A stretch of DNA of 64,000 nt from Camelus ferus (taxonomy: Eukaryota), in contig NC_045697.1 of the NCBI RefSeq assembly GCF_009834535.1, positions 60,638,001 to 60,702,000 on the forward strand, given 5' to 3'. Position numbers and translations under genes: made by a program. Positions within the stretch are counted from its first letter, which is position 1. Each line of letters starts with the position of its first letter. This document shows positions 39,062-52,207 of the stretch, in pieces. The notes beneath the pieces were generated by a model. It made no database searches. It worked only from the letters and a program-made list of their open reading frames with translations, and was not told the origin of the DNA.

Positions 39062-40191
39062 TTTTTAGCTTCTAAAATTTTATGATGATTTTTATCCTAC
39101 TCCATTACCTTCATCTATTCACTTCTTGGCTACCTTTTCTCTTCTGAGCTCCCCAGAGGTCACCAATTCTTTTACTTACTTCATTCTACCTACTTTAAAC
39201 ATGTTTGTCTTGGCTGATGATTTTGAGAGAGCCTCTTAATTTCATTTCTCTGCAATTTGCTGCTCTACATCGTAATTCAGGGTTCCAATGTTGGGGAAAT
39301 TTAAGATAATATCAAATCATGAATAAAAAGTATATCCATTCTACGTATTTGAGCTATAAATTCTGAGACACTCCAATGCATTAACACATAAAAATTTAGT
39401 GATAGAGTAATCCACATTTGTATGATGTTTTTGGTTTACAGCACACTTTCATATAAATCATGTCACCATGTTCCTTTATATGAAAAACATTTATTTCCTA
39501 CAACCACTCTGTCAAGATGATCAAATAAGTGTGTGTCTCTCTGCCCAATGCTGAAGATACATTCTTGGCAAGTGCTATCCACTCGAAAGCAGCATTTCAA
39601 GCTTCCCCTTAGGAACTTGGCCTTACTGCAAATATCTAAAACTGATTTCAAGTTCTTCTTAGCTTCTGAACACTTCAATAATTCATCTTCGTTTTCATTG
39701 GCCACTGCCCTTTGTTTGACCCTACATAAAATAACTATATTCTCTATCCTCTTCCTGCTGAAAAAGCAACTCAAAAGACAAACATCAAAGTCTTTACAAT
39801 GTGTTTGTTATCCCTACTTTTGTATGAGACAATATTACCTGTTCCTCCATCACCCCAAGGAAATGTGTTTAGGCACATCCACATAGCAGTGTCTAGTTCC
39901 ATTTTAATTCACAATCTGAATCAATACTACTTACAAGAAAATAGTCTAGGTTTTCTTAGTAGCATCTGATATATTTTAAGGTAGCCTATTATTCAATAGA
40001 TAATATATTAAAAGTAATGAGGTATTTTATAAATTTCTATACAAAATCTTAAAGCAGAATCTCCAAGTTAAAATCTTGATGCTGGTAGTAAAACATGTCA
40101 TTCTAAATAGTTCAGTCCATTCTTAACTTTTGCCCCAAATCAACTTTCTCTATGTCATATTGGGGTTTTGACCTGAAACACCCAACTTCAT

Positions 40192-40500
40192 TGTGATAGT
40201 CAGAGTTATTCACCAACATTTCTGGCTCTCCACTTTGTAGGCACACAATAGGATCTCTAAAGGTTGCAAGTGGTCAGTGAAATGTGAGCTTCCAGCTGGA
40301 GTTTTTTAAAGTTTGTGGTGCACAATTCTCACAGTCCCTTCCTTTATGTGCCAAGAGTAAAGGCTCAGTCAGCCCGAGTCCCTGTGTAAGGACACTGATG
40401 GATATGTATCATGAAAGAAAAATAAACATTTGTTGTTCTAAGACACCAATATTTTGGAATTGTTTTTTACAGTTCCATAAGCTAATTTATCTTGACCGAC
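40192..40500 (+). mobile_element. Old MaLR LTR (MLT1I/J-like)
   Basis: 'gtggtcagtgaaatgtgagc', 'tcagcccgagtccctg', 'gaaaaataaacatttgttgttctaagacac'. Confidence 0.7.
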
Positions 40501-40539
40501 CTTATGAAATGAAAATGAATTAAGCATTGCAAAGGAGGG

Positions 40540-41013
40540 TGTAGTAAGCTGACTAAAAGACCCAGAACCTGTAAGTGTTATGAGGGAGAAACATCTTCTC
40601 TAATGTAATTAAATTAATGCTATTGAGAGAGACTATTATCCTGGATTATCCAGGTGGGCTCTAAATGCAATCACAAGTAGTCTTATAAAGGAAGACTGTG
40701 ATTTTACACAGACAAACAGAGAAGAAATCAGTAGGAAAGTGGAACAAAGAAATATTTGAAGACAATGGCTTTGAAGATTGGAGTAATGTGCCCACAATCC
40801 AAGGAATCCCAGCAACCAACAGAATACAAAAAAGGCAAGGAATGGATTCCCCCTAGAGCCTCTGGGAGTATGACTCTGTTGACACTTCGATTTTAGCTCA
40901 AGTGTTATTGATTCGGGATTTCTGGACACCAGAAATGTGAAAGAATAGTTTCTGTTATTTTAAGCCATCAAGTTTGTGATAATTTGTTACAGCAGCTTTA
41001 GGAAACTAATGCA
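40540..41013 (+). mobile_element. MLT1C-like solo LTR with perfect 5-bp TSD
   Basis: tgtagt...ggaaactaatgca flanked by GAGGG (40535-40539 and 41014-41018); 'atcctggattatccaggtgggctctaaatgcaatcacaagt'. Confidence 0.9.
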
Positions 41014-41624
41014 GAGGGCATATATTTCATAAGCCAAGGATACTTGGATTTATTTATTCATTCATCCATTCATTCATTTAAATTATTTTCCAGGATTAAT
41101 TACTAACCTCATATAAAGTTTATTAATATTGAATAATTTAATGGTCCCAAATCCCACAAAACAATCAGACTGAACTTTTTTGCTTTGTTTTCCATTTGGA
41201 GCAAACATATGTTACAAAATACAATATACGTTCACATGTAATATTTCCTCTTAAAGCTGTTTTCAATACTGGCAGACATAATATACTATAGGTAGCACTT
41301 TAAAAAAATTATATCTCCCTGTAAAGTCCTTTGGTAAACATGATTTCAACATAAAATATTTAAGCTTTCTTAAAATATTTAGTTCAGCTTCCTCCCAGAG
41401 TAGGTGTTCAGACATGTATGTTTCACTATCCATTGTTAAATGTGTCTATCTGCCACCAATAGCCAGTGGGTTTATGCTATTCAGGATGTCAAAGAAAGAA
41501 TCTGCCCATGAGGAAGAAAGTCTTATGTGTATGTTGGGAAAAGAGGCCTTTTGCTTTAAACTACCCAAGTCACTCAAATGTCATAGCCACAGAGTTAAAT
41601 CATTAGCGATGATGGCCACATAAA

Positions 41625-41725
41625 AGGCATGAGGGTCATGGGCTAGTCTATCAGTTCACCACTGCATCATTAAAGTCTGGAAGATGGCATGACACTCAGT
41701 AGACATTTAGTAAATACTTATTAAA
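41625..41725 (+). mobile_element. L2 3' end
   Basis: 'catgagggtcatgggc...gttcaccactgcatc...gacactcagtagacatttagtaaatactt'. Confidence 0.6.
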
Positions 41726-41807
41726 TTATTTTTAAAAAACAAGGTGGAAATTATAAAGCATAATATTCACCTCTGGATGTTTAGCTTCCTATTGAGGAAA
41801 TACTCTT

Positions 41808-42003
41808 TGTGATGGTTAATTTCATGTGTTAACTTAGAAGGCATTTTTGGATGAGATTAGCATTTAAATGGTGAACTCTGTGTAAAGCAGACTGCCCACC
41901 ATAAGGTGAGTGGGCCTCACCCAATCGAGTGAAAGCCTGACTATAACAAAAAGACAAGCCTCCTCTGAGCAAGAGAGATTTTCTACCAGACTGCCTTCAG
42001 ATT
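41808..42003 (+). mobile_element. MLT2 (ERV-L) LTR, 5' part only
   Basis: 'tgtgatggttaatttcatgtgttaactt...tttttggatgagattagcattt...taaagcagactgccc...gtgggcctcacccaatc'. Confidence 0.85.
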
Positions 42004-42229
42004 TTTCTTCTGACTCTTTCCCTCATTTACATCTTATTTTTCTTTTTAAATATTCAGGAATACCACTGTGATGTTTCTGGATAATATCCATTATGTCTTT
42101 ACTCTCATACTTTAGTTTTGTTTGCTTGCTTGTTTGTTTATTACTTTCCTCCTGACACTCAAATTTGCCTTTCCTAATGTAGTTGGACTTGTACTGTGAA
42201 AAAAGTAAAAGACTTACATGGGGGGAAGA

Positions 42230-42365
42230 ATACCAGTTTTCTAGTCCAATTTCACTATTCATTAGTGCTTTGTCTTAGGTCTCAATTTCCCCATCTGTTA
42301 TATGTAGCACTTGCCCTCTATATTTCCCAGGACTGACAGTATAACTAAGTAAGAAGATATATGCT
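42230..42365 (+). mobile_element. MIR fragment
   Basis: 'ggtctcaatttccccatctgtta'. Confidence 0.55.
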
Positions 42366-43447
42366 AACAGAATTTATAAATACCTTTATAAATCATGGGA
42401 AGTAATTTTACTACTTCAGGGCTCGGTTTTGCTGTACCATCAAAAATTGGTTCTAATATATTAACTAGTTAATAACTCATTTCTACAAATTCTGATAATG
42501 CCTGAACCAATTACATACACACACACGTATATTAAAATCAAAATAAAATGATTAAACAGGGGTATTAATTTTGTTCAGGTAGAACACTAAGGGCCCTCTA
42601 AATTGCATGATACACATTTCGTTTTCTCCACTCATGATTCACTGCTTTTTTCCTCTTCCTCTTTATAGATCTGTTTTCTCCATCTTCAAAGTTTTATTTT
42701 GTATTGTGCATTCTCCTTTCACTTCATTTTACTTCTGTCTACATGCATACACGTGTGTGCGTGCGCACACACACACATATATATCTGAACTTATCTTTGG
42801 TACTAGCTTTTCCCTTTCCATATATATATATATTTAATGGCATGAAGGGAAAGCACTTTAAAAGCAATTGTTACGTCTGTGGGTTTGTATTTCCTTCATC
42901 AGTCTTAAAGCCAGGTTCCACTGAAGTATCTATAGTGCTTGTCCCTTTCTTTCAAATTTTATTGACATCTGACAGATGAGAACACTACAGTAATTTCACA
43001 GAAAGGCTGCCAAATATGACATGTGAAAAAGTACAAAGCATATATCCTTTCTGGCTACAAAAAGCCTAAGGCCTAATGACATCCCTAAATGCCTGGAGAG
43101 CGCAAGAGACAACATGACTGTCAATAGTGGTGTTGGCAGGTGTTAGATGAAATGGACTGAAGATGTCAAGGGGAGAAATATCCCTCCTGGGCAGGGCACT
43201 GTTCTGCTTATACACAGAAACACACCAGCTATTTCATATAGCATTTACTACTGCAATGCTTAGCCTATATAATTTCAATAATACAAAGAAATCATGGAAA
43301 TGCCTTTTCCCCACTGACTAAAACAACAGATGAATGTAACATCCATACCTTGCAATTTATTTTTATAAAAGTAAAATACTACTTTTACTTAGTGAGTGAT
43401 ATTTTGTCCTTCTTTTCCCTGCAGCCTGATTTCTATTCCTTCCTGAG

Positions 43448-43971
43448 TGATAGGAAGAATAATATCTCCTTTCTCCCAAAGATGTCCATGTCCTAATTCC
43501 TGGAACCTGAAAATATTGTGCCTTAATGTCAATAAGGACCGTGCAGATGTGACTAAGCTTAAGGACCCTGAGATGGGGAGATTACCCTGTATTATTTGGG
43601 TGGGCCCTATCTAAGCACATAAATTCTTAAAAGGGAAGGACCTTTTCTGGCTATGTTGAGAAGAAGTTGTGACTATGACAGAATTGTAAGAGGGATGTAA
43701 CTTTGCTGGCTTTGAAAATGGAAGAAGAAGGTTACGGGTCAAGGGATATGGAAACCTCTAGAAACAGGAAAAGGTTAAAAAAAAAAGAGAAAAAAAAGGA
43801 CACAGCCCTAGAGCTTCCAGAGAGGAATGCAGACTTGCCAAGACCTTGATTTTAGCCCAGTGACATCAGTATTGGACTTCTAACCACAGAACTATAGGAA
43901 AATAATTGTGTGTTGTTTTATACCATTGAGTTTGTAGTAATCTGTTACAGTAGCAGTAGAAAATTAACATA
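43448..43971 (+). mobile_element. MLT1D-like MaLR LTR, copy 2 (complete)
   Basis: 'tgataggaagaataat...cccaaagatgtccatgtcctaattcctggaacctg'...'tttgtagtaatctgttacagtagcagtagaaaattaacata'. Confidence 0.92.
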
Positions 43972-44899
43972 ACTAGAGACAAGAAGATCTGTGGTACAAG
44001 CATGCAGATATAAGTATGAGAGTGGTGCAGAGCAGGAAAAATTTTGTAGTGCATGTTAAATCCTATTAGAAAGCATACCCCACAATGAAGCACCAAAAAA
44101 CCACATGGATAAAATGACTTGGCCAAGTGATGTTAGCCAACCTTTACTGTCTCTTGTTTTCACCTTTATTTTTCCTGTCCTCACCATCATCAATATCTAT
44201 TATTTACTGGATCCATCTCTTCTTCAGTTATGCACTAATTTCCATAATGTAAAAAAAAAAAAAGGCCTTCTCTTTTCAACACTACTAACTTCCTTCCTTC
44301 TTATGGTATTTTATTTTTCATAATAAAGACTCACTGATAAATTAGTTGTTGACTGTGGTTGTGGGATCTGAATACTATTACTGGATATTTGAAATTTTTC
44401 ATAGGAATTCCTGATTGGGAGATGGTAATGGTTTTAATGGGAGAAGACTATTTCTTTGTGAAGTCTCAAGTGGGACTGATTCAGCATAATTTTGTGTTAG
44501 ATTGATTCCCAGTATTTTTCCCTCCAGGCATTATTTTCACCTTTCCCATGGATCTGGGGGTTAGTGCCTCTAATTCGTAAGTCTGAAGACTTCTCTTTTA
44601 TCTTAGAGCCTATGGCTTTATGATCGCTTCCATTCATCAATTATCTTCTGGTTTTGTTGTGTTTAGTTTTATTCTAACCTCCTTTTCTCATTCACTAAAT
44701 ACTCTCAATGAGCCATGTCAGATTTTGATTAATGTTTCTACCGCTTGCTTTACTGTAATGAAAAATTTCATGTACTTCAAATATTGCTAGTTTATTTTAG
44801 AGATTAAAATTTTGTTATTTTTATAGGTTGTTATTTTGAAGTAGGTCATATTTTATGTACATACTTTTTCAACCACTAAGGAAAATATAGAGTGGTAAG

Positions 44900-45200
44900 A
44901 GACCACACATGAAGACACACTTAAGAATTTAGGATTTTATCCTAAGAATATAGGAAGCTATCAAAGGGTTTTGAGTAGTGGAATTTCACAATAAAATGTA
45001 CATTTTGCTAAAATTCACTTCGTTTTTAGTGAAATACAGTGGAATGTTTTAATAAGCAAAGAGAGGTCCACTGTGTAGAATGCTCCTAAGGAATCACATA
45101 GGATGACTAAAATTAAGTCTAACAGAGTTCATTAGTAACTTTAAAAAGAATTCTGCAAGCAGATAATAATTTGAAACCAGATAAGGAGGAAGTAAGAGGT
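44900..45200 (-). mobile_element. L2 fragment
   Basis: 'ttaagaatttaggattttatcctaagaatataggaagctatcaaagggttttgagtag'. Confidence 0.6.
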
Positions 45201-45224
45201 AAGGGAAAAAGTGAACAAAACTCC

Positions 45225-45684
45225 AACTTGAATATTAAAAATTGAGGTTCACAACCCCTCAGTCAATTCCCAAACTTGAACCAGTTAATAGACTCAGAAT
45301 CCCTTAAAAGAAGAGGGGATGGAGTTCCCTTGAGGAAGGACCCCATTACACTGCCAAAAATGTATATTGTTAATCTTTCTTGACGCCTTCTCCAAAGGGA
45401 CAAACATCATTTAATCAGAGTGACTGTGTATTGGGGAAAAGAAAATAATCAGAGCTTTTGATAATTGCTGAACATTGGCTCTGAACTAGCACTAATTCCA
45501 GGAGACCCAAAACTCACGGTAGTCCACCAGTCATATGGAGGTCAAGTGATCAATGAGGCTTCAGCTCACATCCATCTCATAGTTGGTCCAGTGGGTCCCT
45601 GAACCTATCATGCAGTTGTTTTCCCAGTTACAGAATGGATAATTGGAATACACATACTCAGCAACTGGTAGAATCTCACATTGG
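45225..45684 (+). pseudogene. ERV-L gag end/protease relic
   Basis: Translates to RVTVYWGKENNQSF**LLNIGSELALIPGDPK...YGGQVINEASAHIHLIVGPVGP*T...WIIGIHILSNW*N, matching ERV-L protease (VTVHWGKG..LLDTGSELTLIPGDPK..YGGQVING); catalytic DTG decayed to NIG. Confidence 0.9.
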
Positions 45685-45699
45685 AGATTCTTCTCTTTA

Positions 45700-45995
45700 C
45701 CTCTGCATCATTTAGACTTCAGCTGAAATTTCAGTTATGAAAGACATTATTCCTGACCCTCCCTACCAGGTTAGAGCTCCTTATAATGTAATCCTATATA
45801 ACCCTATAGCACCATCAGTTTCTTCTTTATGCCATTCTGTTACTCATAACTTTTAAATTAATTATTCGCTATTTTTAAGCATGTCTTATCTGCTACACTG
45901 TGAACTCCAAGGGACCTGTCTACTTTATTCATACCTACATTCTGCACAGTATGTTTCAATAGGGAGGATATTCAATCAGTGTTTATCAACTGGAT
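45700..45995 (+). mobile_element. L2 3' end
   Basis: 'ttcctgaccctccc', 'ctacactgtgaactccaagggacctgtctactttattc...attcaatcagtgttt'. Confidence 0.7.
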
Positions 45996-47822
45996 GCTGG
46001 ATGTCAGGATATATCATTTTAATCATTTCATTTGATCTGCAGCCACATATATAGATGCGTGTGTGTGTATGTATATATATTCCAAGCTTCCTGCTTACTG
46101 CTTATCATGAAGGCTTCTATCATTTCCTCAATTTGCTCTTAAGAATGATCATTCACTGTTCTTTGTCTCCACCTTACTTCTGTGCTTCTGTTTGTAGTGG
46201 GAAGATAGTTCTTCCCTAAGTCAAATTTGGACTTTTCTATTTTCTCATAGATACCTAATACAGTTAAGGCTGAAGAACTTGCCTGACTAGATCTTAGAGG
46301 CTGCGAAAGAGGAAAACAACTGGGAAAATAGACACATTCCATACAAACAGCCCACTTCCAGATAAACGGAAGATTCCTCAGGATTAGGAGTCTTCTACAA
46401 AACAGGCTCCAACACTTTGAATCTACTTCTTTCTCCTATGGCGAGAATTTTTTATTTGTTTGCTTTAGCTTTTCTAATTATGCCCAAATTACTTTTAACT
46501 CTAAATTATTTCTTATTTATCTTATACTTCATCTCATCTCCTCCTATCATAGTTTTTGTACTTGGGTGGAGCATCACCCCGCTAACTCACTTTGATACTA
46601 CCTTGCTGTTGTATCTTTCTCTCCTAATCTACTGTGTGATGAATCCTGTGAAGTACCAGGTGGAAAAATACATTACACCATTATACCATACTCCTTCTAG
46701 AAGAGAGTTTTTTTCTTTGCTTCTGCTTTTTTAATAACGAAGCAAACTGAAACATCTTACAAAGAAGAGATTCTTTTAGTTAATAGCATGCATTGTGATT
46801 CAATAGCATATAATTGAGTATATTAACAATGTAAATTTAAAGCAATTCAAATAATTCTTCTCATTGTGGTACATAGCATTAAAACCAAACCTCTGAATTC
46901 AGTTACAACAGGTAATTTGTATATATTATCTATATTTCTATTTGCAGAATACATTAGTATATAAAGAGCTTCAGATTTAGTTACATTAACTAAGCTGAGC
47001 TATCAGCATACTTGGCAAATTTCATTTGCTCCTGTTCTCACTACATTCAAATGATGGTGGATAATTGTGTTCCCATTGTTTAGAAAAAAATCTCTGAACA
47101 CACTGATAAATTATTTCATTTCAAAAAAAGTAGTAATGAGTGGATGGATCAAACATATACATTTAAGTTATTGCAAACCGTATGGCAACTTCTGAAGATT
47201 GTGATGAATTGGTCAAATTGCTCTATAACCGTTAAGTGCCGTTTTTCTTATACTCAAATTTAAATATAACATCATAACTACAATTATCCTTGAAGTTTAG
47301 CACTTCTAATTACAGGATTTACAGATGAAATATATATTCTTTAACTGGGAATACTCATCTTTTATTACTTAAGTAGTATAGACAATACGTTATATACATT
47401 AACTTGTAAATGTCAGAATTTAATCTGGAGATTATTTCTGAAAGGAATTTTTCCTTATTAGCTAAGGTATGCTGATGTATTATAAATGGCACTGTAGCCT
47501 TCATTATAAAAACACAATTAATACTTTGCGGATAAACCTCAATCTGGAATTTTCATGGAGGTTCAATACTTCTTAACATGTCTATAGTATGTACTGAATA
47601 GTTGATTTGTTTATCTGATATCCATAACATGTTTCAGCAATTTCATTTCAATAGGAATTGTGTATTATTCTTCTTATATAAGAAATGTTGTTTACTTTAG
47701 AAGAGGAAAAAACAAAATAACAACCAGAAATTAGAGATGAACAGCAACTAAATCACTTGAAAATTTACAACACAGATTAACAGCCAATATTTTGATTTTT
47801 GACTTTTTTCTCATTCTAGCAC

Positions 47823-48498
47823 TATAATAAAAAAGGACCCTATGGGACTTTTCTGGGACAGACCCCTCCCACTATGCTCTCCACTTGCCTCTTGTTTGTA
47901 GAAAAGCTGTATTCTCCCAGGCCACCCTGTAGGTCAAAAAAGTCTGGTTCAAGAATTAATGATTGAAAGGATGTGAACACGTAGTGACAAAAGTAGCATA
48001 TGGGCCAGGAAGAATGGTAATAAACTTAAACCATAAGTCATCCATATGGCAGTCACAGAATCTTTAGTTCCTCCCTGAAGTACCTAGATAACAGTATCTG
48101 ATACACATTTTCTGGGTTGTTTTGAAGATTCTAAAACTCCCACCAAATGGAATAAGTTAACTACATAATGACCACATGCATGTAGCCCCTAGACTGGCTG
48201 GAGCCTGAGGCTTGATAATGTAAACCCTTGTGATATTGACCATTTTCCTCACCATCAGCTAATGGGAGAATTGTACATGAGCTGTTCACATACCTTGTGA
48301 CACTCCTCCCTCATCTGGCCTTTCAAATGCTTCGCTGAAAATCATCAGGGGGTTCAGGGTTTTGGTTGAGCATTAGCTGCCCTGGACTCCTTGTCTGACA
48401 TCTTACATAAATGCTACACTTTCCTTCACCACAACTCAGTGTCAGTAGATTCCCTTTACTGCACACAGTTAAGCGGACCCAAGTTTGGTTTGGTAATA
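47823..48498 (+). mobile_element. ERV1-class solo LTR (~675 bp)
   Basis: U5-type end 'tttgagcattagctgcc...actccttg...taaatgctacactttccttcaccaca...gcggacccaagtttggtttggtaata'; degenerate 4-bp TSD gcac/gcaa. Confidence 0.8.
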
Positions 48499-48699
48499 GC
48501 AATAATTTATAATGGAATACTTGCTTAATATAAAGGGTATTTATTTTATTTAATATCTCCTCATTAGGAAAAAAGTATATAAAGGAGGTAATGCAATATA
48601 CCCAATGCAATTACATAAAGAAACAAATAAGCAAGTAAAAGTATCTTTAGATGAACAAAGTCTAGTGCCTGATTAAAGAAGTATATTGTCTAAGTGCAA

Positions 48700-49180
48700 T
48701 ATTCACTTATTATCACTATGTTCAGTTTCAAGTAATACCTGGGACACTTGGGAATACTTGGAATACAGTAGTGAACAAAAGATATAAAAATTCATTACTT
48801 CCTGGAAATGAACCTTTAGGAAGGGAGAAAGACATTAATTAAAATTAAACAAAAAATTATGTATGTAATACCTAATAAATACTATAAAAAAATAAAACAG
48901 TATGAAAGAGATCTGAATTATATTGTGGTATTGGAGTTAGCTAATAATTTAAACAAGGCATTCGGGTTAGAGCTCATTCAGAAGATAATATTTAAGCAAA
49001 AATGTGAAGGAAGTAAGGAAGTTAGCCAAGCACATATCTAAGGAAATGATGCCTAGTATGAGAGAAAAGTCAATGCAAGCTCCCTAGGGTGGGAACATGC
49101 AAGAGGTCAGGGCAATGGGAAGTAAGGGAAAGTCAATATAAAATGAGGTCAAAGAGGGAACAATAGATGGTGTAGGGGAA
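48700..49180 (-). mobile_element. L2a fragment
   Basis: 'tggaatacagtagtgaacaaaa', 'atttaagcaaaaatgtgaaggaagtaaggaagttagcca', 'aatgaggtcaaagag'. Confidence 0.75.
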
Positions 49181-50120
49181 TAAATGCAGGTATAATGTTT
49201 AAAATATTTAAATAGCCAAATTTCACACAGGGGAAAAGTAAAATAATTCCATGTAGGTTCATTTAGAATATAGAAAAATAAATTTACATTTCTAAGCCTT
49301 AGAACATTTACAGTATGGAATACATATGGTCGAAGGACAATACTTTCACCTTTGAATATGATCAGGAAGAGGTTCAATAACCATCTTTCAAGATCATTGG
49401 GAAATGAGGATCAAGGTTACCAATGTCCTATGATTTTTTTTTCAGGAAAACCTTTACTCTTAGTGGCTATCAAGACAGTAATAGATTAAGAACTGTATCC
49501 AAATCTACCTTTTCTCAGTAGCATAATAAAAATTACAGAACAAAAACATCAAGCAAGACAAAGTAGGAGAAAATATAAACATTTACATTTTATTTTATAA
49601 TATAATCCGAATTAGTCATGGTGTCCCTCTACTGGGAATATATACATTTTAATTTCCATTTGGTAATATCTGATGACATAAACTTGACTTCAGCCAAGTC
49701 AGATAAATTGGCAACTGAATAGAATGGCTAAAATGTGTTTTTGTGTAATTCTGACTTTTCATTTCTGTTAAAAGTATGAGATACCCCTGAGCCCATTGCT
49801 TGTTATCAGACTTAAAATTGGTAGACAGTCAACAAATATTTTATTACTAATATAAAATCTTAATAGCTCTCCAACTCCACTATGCATCAGAATGGCAGGT
49901 ACCCACTTTTAAGAATTCAGATTATCTACTTCCCTCTCAGAGATTCTAATTATATAATTAAAGAAAAAACATTCCTTATGATTTCAATGAAGATGTTCTT
50001 AATATTAATATATATTTGTTGTTTTTGTTGTTTGTTTATGGTTCATTTGCAATGTCCTTGCAAGTTGTACCTTATGCTATCACTCTTAAATATCAATTTT
50101 AAGACCTCTTCGTATCATTT

Positions 50121-50190
50121 ATTTTATTTTATTTTATTTTATTTTATTTTATTTTATTTTATTTTATTTTATTTTATTTTATTTTATTTT
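50121..50190. repeat. (ATTTT)14 pentanucleotide microsatellite (expanded SINE tail)
   Basis: Perfect attttatttt... array abutting the SINE 3' end. Confidence 0.95.
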
Positions 50191-50312
50191 TGGGGGGTGT
50201 AATTAGGTTTATTGTTTATTATTATTTGCATTTAATAGAGGTATTGGGGATCAAACCCATGACTTTGTGCATGCTAGGCATGTGCTCTACCACTATGTTA
50301 TACCCTCCCCCC
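50191..50312 (-). mobile_element. tRNA-derived SINE (camelid Vic-1-like)
   Basis: 'taattaggtttatt...gaggtattggggatcaaacccatgactttgtgcatgctaggcatgtgctctaccactatgttataccctcccc'; same family as 10817-10930. Confidence 0.85.
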
Positions 50313-50544
50313 ATTTTAATTTCTAATGCCTCATTCTGCCTTTTTGAAGATGTATGAAGGGAAAGACTTCCATACCTCTATAAAGAATTTTATTGCAAAT
50401 TTAGAGAATTAAGTTAGTCAGAATAGGAAGTTCAAAAGAATGGTTTAGACATAATTTAAAGGTATTCCTGAGAAATCAGAAATAAGTTTCAATTTCAGTG
50501 TTCTCTACCTCCTGTGGGTAGTGACACTAAAGATCATCTATATC

Positions 50545-50765
50545 CTGGAAGCAATATGGTACAATGGTTGAGAGCATTGCCTAAGTGATCAGAAGGCAAG
50601 GATCTAAAATCTGGCCCTGTTACTTACTATGGATGTTTCCCCGGGCAGTTGATTCCTATCTCCCTCAACTCTGTAGACTGTAGGAAACTCATCTAATTCT
50701 TTAATAGGATTATCAGAAGTAGCAAGTGAGTGCCTGGCATAATGTAAGCATAAAGTATGCTGCTT
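50545..50765 (+). mobile_element. MIR SINE
   Basis: 'gaagcaatatggtacaatggttgagagca...ctggccctgttacttact...gtgcctggcataatgtaagca'. Confidence 0.75.
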
Positions 50766-51761
50766 ATTTTAATACACAAAGTATTTGTTAGTGTCTGTTA
50801 GGCCAAAAAGAAAAAAAAAAAAAGACTTCAAAGAATTTCCTGTTCGTGTATCTTAAATGAATTTTATATTAAAGAGAAACTTTGAGTATCTGAAGGCTCT
50901 TCCTATTCTCTTCGGCATGTTTATCCTCTTCCCCGATTTTGAAGAGTCTATGCTACACAGAAGCAACACGCAGCTTAATCAACACTAGCTTCTCAGAGGG
51001 GCTTTCATTCTCCCGCATAAATCTGTTTCTTCCGACTGTAACTTACAGGCATTTTATGTGGTTAAATACACACATAAATGGTCAACAAGCTTCTCTTCTC
51101 TGTCACGCATTTAAAATAGATTCTCCTTAAAATGGGAGAATGGTTTTGTTACACAAGTGGAGATAAAATGCTACCAAAAAAACATTTTGAGGGTTCAATT
51201 GTCTCTATACATCTAGAGGCCAAAGACACTAGGCACTGAGGCCTGAAACTGTTATTTTAAGATTCCTTCCTAACAGAAGTCCTTGTTCTTTGCAGTTTTC
51301 CACTACTCGACTTTAATATAGAGGGCGACAGTTTCCTCACTAAGAAAAGCCAAATTGAAATCAATTCTTATCCACCTCATCCCTCCCAAATGCTTGCTGC
51401 ACACCTTTATTTCAAGTAAGAGAATCACATTTTTTGATTTAAAAGTTTCCTGCCAAGATGCATGAGAATAAAAGCAATGTTGTAGGAAGGCTGTCAGCAC
51501 AGAACGTTGTCATCTATTTAGGTTAAGTATTTCAGCAAGAATTTAAAAGCACACTTTTTCAAATGCATAAGTCACAGCAGAGAACTTCCTTCAGTAGACT
51601 GTCAGACTTTTAAAAAATGCATTTTTTTTGTCCAGAATATATTGGATATTGTGGATAGCTTTGTCCTAAATTTATCATGCCAGTGACCAAGAAAATTATT
51701 TTCTTAGATTATTAGCTAGTCATTCCTAATTTAATATGTGAACAAAAAACACTGCAAACCA

Positions 51762-52207
51762 TATCAGTAAACAAAGAATGCTGAAACCAAGTCATCAGCG
51801 GCGCCCCACCGCCCCGTGAAGACAAGCCTGCAGCCCAGCCTCTGCAGCCATTCACAATGGTGCACTCTGAGGGGACTCAGAATAAGAAAGGACAGGATAC
51901 TGGCCCTAGACAGCTAGGTGCTTGTCAAAGGAATGAATTCAGTGAGCCCAAATGTTTGCTTCCTTACTTACAAAGAAAAGCACTAAATTCTTTAACTTCT
52001 TGAGATGCCTGGTTTTCTTTAACAAGTAATCTTTCAATGTTCCAACTACCTGGTCTTTGTTGTAAAAATCCTATATATCCTAGCCCCTGCCCTACCAGTC
52101 AGTCAGAGCCATCTGAGAGGCTGTCATCCTGGCTCGAGTCCTCAGAAATGTCCACCAAATAAAACGGAACTCTCAACTTTTAGGCTGCGCATTTATTTCA
52201 TTCGACA
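51762..52207 (+). mobile_element. ERV1-class solo LTR
   Basis: Starts 'tatcagtaaacaaagaatg', ends 'atttcattcgaca'; TATA-like 'cctatatatcc', then 'gtcctcag...aataaaa...ctctcaact'. Confidence 0.75.

Noticed and set aside
36703..43971. Two MLT1D LTRs as the 5' and 3' LTRs of one provirus
   Set aside because: They share the same downstream flank and the intervening DNA is not MaLR internal sequence; duplication fits better.
49882..50202. 106-aa ORF with FYFIL repeats resembling a membrane protein
   Set aside because: Translation of the (ATTTT)n microsatellite.
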